A stretch of 64,000 nt of DNA, taken from NCBI GenBank assembly GCA_037143795.1, contig JBAWXZ010000005.1:130527-194526 (forward strand), read 5' to 3'. Shown here piece by piece: positions 61,172-64,000 of this stretch. Position 1 is the stretch's first letter. The number at the start of each line of letters is the position of its first letter. This DNA is from Eubacteriales bacterium. Its GTDB lineage: Bacteria > Bacillota > Clostridia > Saccharofermentanales > Saccharofermentanaceae. Position numbers and translations under genes: made by a program. The notes beneath the pieces were generated by a model. It was not told the origin of the DNA. It worked only from the letters and a program-made list of their open reading frames with translations, and did no database searches.

Positions 61172-62548
61172 ATGGAAAGCAGAAAGTTATACCCTTTAAC
61201 ACCTTCACAAAAACTTATTTTTCTGGCATGGCAATACACGATACACAAACAGGTTCCGAATATTCCCACATCATGCTTTGTCGATGATGACCTTGACCTT
61301 GCTGTTTTAAAGAATGCGGCCGAAGAAGCTGTTAAACGAAATGACGCATTCGCAATCCGGATTACCAAGCAAGGCAAAGAGAAAATGCAGTACTTCTCAT
61401 ACAGAAGTGTTCTTGCGCTGGAGATGATTGACTTCACCGGTAAAAACACAAAGGATATGGAAGAGTTTTTTTATAAAATCGGTTCGACAAGGATGCCGTT
61501 ATATGATAAACCGCTTGCTAAAATTTACATTGTAAAATCTCCGGATGGGAAAGGCGGCGTGTTTTCCTGCATTTCACATCTGATTATGGACTCCTGGGCA
61601 ATCAGCATGTTTTATAAAGATATTTTTGAAGTGTATTTTGCACTGAAAGACAATGAACCTATTCCCAAGGCGCTGCCTGATTATGAGTCTGTGCTTCAGA
61701 AGGAGATTGCCTACACCTCGTCTGAAAAATATAAAAAGGATTATGCATTCTGGGAGCAGGAGCTATCCGGGCCTAAGCCGATATTTACCCATGTGAACGG
61801 ATCCATCGTCCTTGAGAAGCAGCGTGAAAAGAAGAAAGATCCGCAGCTTCGGTTCGGAAACAGTTTTTTTATCAGGACGACGGCTGCCCATGTGGTTCGT
61901 ATGATTGAAAAAGAGGATGTAGATAAAATGAAGGCATTCTGTCTTGAAAATGGTATTCCAACTATGCAGGTGCTATTTTTGCTGGGAATCAGAAATTATC
62001 TTGCCAAGGTCAACGGCAGGGAAAAGGACGTCAGCATCAATTCTGTTGTAGCACGCCGGGGTACCATTGATGAGAAGCTGACGGGCGGCACACGTGTTCA
62101 CCCGCTTCCGTTCCGGACAATCTTTGAAGAAGATGTTACATTTATGGAAATGCTGAAAATTATATTAGAGAAGCAAAACATACTGTATAGGCATGCCGAC
62201 TTTGACCCGATGGAAGCATTTAAAATCATGCACAAAAACTATGATTTTCCGCCGCAGAATACCTACATTACACTGCATCTGACATTTCAGCCCGTACCCC
62301 TGGAAGCCAAAAACGGAGCCAAAGTGAGAACAAAATGGTACTGCAACGGAACGGCTGCTTCAAATATAGGCGTATCAATCATGGACGGGGACGGTACCGG
62401 GGCACTTAGATGCTACTACGAGTATCACGATAAAATGATAGAGCCGGAAACCCTCGACAAGACCCATAACTATATGAAAAACGTCATTCTCGCAGGAATC
62501 GGGAATCCGCACTTAACACTCAAAGAACTGCTGGATTTACCGGTATAA
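61172..62548 (+). CDS. Free-standing condensation-domain protein (NRPS C-domain / CoA-dependent acyltransferase superfamily), paralog 1
   Basis: C1-like LYPLTPSQKLIFLAWQY, and a variant catalytic motif CISHLIMDSWAISMF (cf. HHxxxDG) ~150 aa in. 458 aa. GGAGG RBS. The ORF track starts at 61118. Confidence 0.7.
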   Translation: MESRKLYPLTPSQKLIFLAWQYTIHKQVPNIPTSCFVDDDLDLAVLKNAAEEAVKRNDAFAIRITKQGKEKMQYFSYRSVLALEMIDFTGKNTKDMEEFFYKIGSTRMPLYDKPLAKIYIVKSPDGKGGVFSCISHLIMDSWAISMFYKDIFEVYFALKDNEPIPKALPDYESVLQKEIAYTSSEKYKKDYAFWEQELSGPKPIFTHVNGSIVLEKQREKKKDPQLRFGNSFFIRTTAAHVVRMIEKEDVDKMKAFCLENGIPTMQVLFLLGIRNYLAKVNGREKDVSINSVVARRGTIDEKLTGGTRVHPLPFRTIFEEDVTFMEMLKIILEKQNILYRHADFDPMEAFKIMHKNYDFPPQNTYITLHLTFQPVPLEAKNGAKVRTKWYCNGTAASNIGVSIMDGDGTGALRCYYEYHDKMIEPETLDKTHNYMKNVILAGIGNPHLTLKELLDLPV

Positions 62549-62613
62549 GATAAATTCTGCTTTCCCACAGGAACACTAAGCGGCAAACAAAATGAACGGA
62601 TGAGGAGAAGAAT

Positions 62614-63996
62614 ATGGAGGAACATACATATTACCCGTTATCACCGGCTCAGCTTCTGAACTTCATGAGCTGGAAATACACTTTTCACAAACAGATCATG
62701 AATATACCGACTTCTTTCCTGATTGAGAAGCAGCTGGATCTTGGTGTTTTAAAGAAGGCTGTTGAAGAAGCGGTTCAAAGGAACGATTCGTTTGGCATCC
62801 GCATTGTAAAGGACGGCAAAGAAACCAGGCAATATTTCACCGACAGGAAATTGCTGCTCCTCGAAACAAAAGATTTCAGCGGAAAGACCGTTGAAGAAAT
62901 GAACAATTTTTTCCACAGAATCGGGGAAAAAAAGATACCTTTATACGAACAGCCGCTCGCTAAAGTTTATATTATCCGATCGCCGGAGGGATTTTGCGGA
63001 ATATATTCCTGTATCTGCCATCTTATGATGGACACCTGGGCGATCAGCATGTTCTATAAGGATATTATGGCTATTTATCATACTCTTACGGAAAATGCAC
63101 CTATGCCGGCTCCCATCAGAAGCTGTGAATCCGTAATTCGGAAAGAAATCGAATATAAAGCATCGCCTCAATACGAAAAGGGTCTGGAATTCTGGCGTGA
63201 AGAGGTTAAAGGTGACGGAACGCTGCCGACTTTCACACATGTCAATGGGCAGGGGATGCTGGAAAGCTACCGCAAATTGATCAGAAAACCGGATTATCCG
63301 TTTGCCCGGACCTTTTTTATGCGGACGACTGCCAGACATGAAGTTCTTCAGGTCGATAAAGACGATGTCGACAGGATGAAGAATTATTGCCTTGAAAATA
63401 ATATTCCAACCATGCAGCTGCTGTTTTTCCTTGGGCTGCGTACCTATCTTTCCCGGGTTAACAACCGGGCAAAAGATGTCAGTATTACCGATGTTGTTGC
63501 ACGGCGCGGGACACTCGAGGAGAAGCTGTCCGGAGGGACCAGACCGCAGGGGCTTTTCTGCAGGACGTATATGGAAGAAGACACTTCTTTTGCCGCTGCC
63601 CTTGATTATCTGATGCAAAAGCATAATTCACTCTACCGTCATGCAGATACTTTCACAATGGATGTTCTTGATATAGTCTATTCGACATACGGCATGAAAT
63701 CGTATGAGGGTTACAGCACTACATTATTTACATTCCAGCCGATTCCGCTTGATTTTGGCAGCGGAATAAAAAGTCATTCGGAGTGGTACTGCAACGGGGC
63801 GGCTGCATGCAGCCTCTATATTATGGTCATGGACGGCGAAGAGGAGGGCTCGCTGCGGTGTTATTACGAATATATGGACAAGATCATTAAAGTTGCAACA
63901 TTAAGAACATGCCATAATTACATGCTTAATGTTATCAGGGCCGGCATCGCGAATCCGTCAATAAAACTGAAGGAACTATTGGAACTTCCCCTTTAA
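62614..63996 (+). CDS. Free-standing condensation-domain protein, paralog 2
   Basis: YPLSPAQLLNFMSWKY and CICHLMMDTWAISMF, ~55% identical to paralog 1 by eye. 460 aa. GAGGAG RBS. Confidence 0.7.
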   Translation: MEEHTYYPLSPAQLLNFMSWKYTFHKQIMNIPTSFLIEKQLDLGVLKKAVEEAVQRNDSFGIRIVKDGKETRQYFTDRKLLLLETKDFSGKTVEEMNNFFHRIGEKKIPLYEQPLAKVYIIRSPEGFCGIYSCICHLMMDTWAISMFYKDIMAIYHTLTENAPMPAPIRSCESVIRKEIEYKASPQYEKGLEFWREEVKGDGTLPTFTHVNGQGMLESYRKLIRKPDYPFARTFFMRTTARHEVLQVDKDDVDRMKNYCLENNIPTMQLLFFLGLRTYLSRVNNRAKDVSITDVVARRGTLEEKLSGGTRPQGLFCRTYMEEDTSFAAALDYLMQKHNSLYRHADTFTMDVLDIVYSTYGMKSYEGYSTTLFTFQPIPLDFGSGIKSHSEWYCNGAAACSLYIMVMDGEEEGSLRCYYEYMDKIIKVATLRTCHNYMLNVIRAGIANPSIKLKELLELPL

Positions 63997-64000
63997 ATAC

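Overview
The window is a 64 kb chromosomal segment of a moderate-GC Firmicutes/Clostridia-like genome, with AGGAGG-type ribosome-binding sites and frequent GTG/TTG starts. It is densely coding; I found no rRNA, tRNA or CRISPR array by eye.

Left part (1-20 kb), mostly housekeeping and accessory genes:
- an HD-domain membrane protein
- two GGDEF diguanylate cyclases
- a large PEP-synthase-like ATP-grasp protein
- NADP-glutamate dehydrogenase (gdhA)
- threonine aldolase
- a SAM methyltransferase
- several GNAT acetyltransferases
- a PhzF-family isomerase
- UV-damage endonuclease UvsE
- an AraC/GyrI-like regulator
- a HAD hydrolase

Middle part (20-36 kb), detox and stress modules:
- an ArsR / ArsP-like permease / thioredoxin-like / Cys-rich DUF operon, plus a split two-component permease
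- a staphyloxanthin-like trio: CrtN/CrtI-family oxidoreductase, GT2 glycosyltransferase, small CrtO-like membrane acyltransferase
- a second AraC/GyrI-like regulator
- an alpha/beta hydrolase
- a His-tailed DMT transporter
- a Mug-like DNA glycosylase
- a flotillin
- a gpx-ohrR(MarR) redox operon
- copZ preceded by a MITE-like repeat

Right part (36-54 kb), a sugar-acid catabolic island:
- on the minus strand, GntR, cyclase, KDPG-type aldolase, RraA-like protein and 2-hydroxyacid dehydrogenase
- divergently on the plus strand, a DgoK-like kinase, a sugar ABC importer, a Zn-ADH, an IclR regulator, a second ABC importer, KdgK and two unknowns

Last 9.4 kb (54.6-64.0 kb), the most notable region: a compact NRPS-independent lipid-amide-type biosynthetic cluster. 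It encodes a fatty-acyl-AMP/CoA ligase, a free-standing ACP, an Sfp-type phosphopantetheinyl transferase, a MacB-like ABC exporter with a 1083-aa FtsX permease, and two tandem paralogous free-standing condensation-domain proteins carrying a variant S/C-HxxxD-S/T-W motif. The cluster runs to the window edge and probably continues beyond it.
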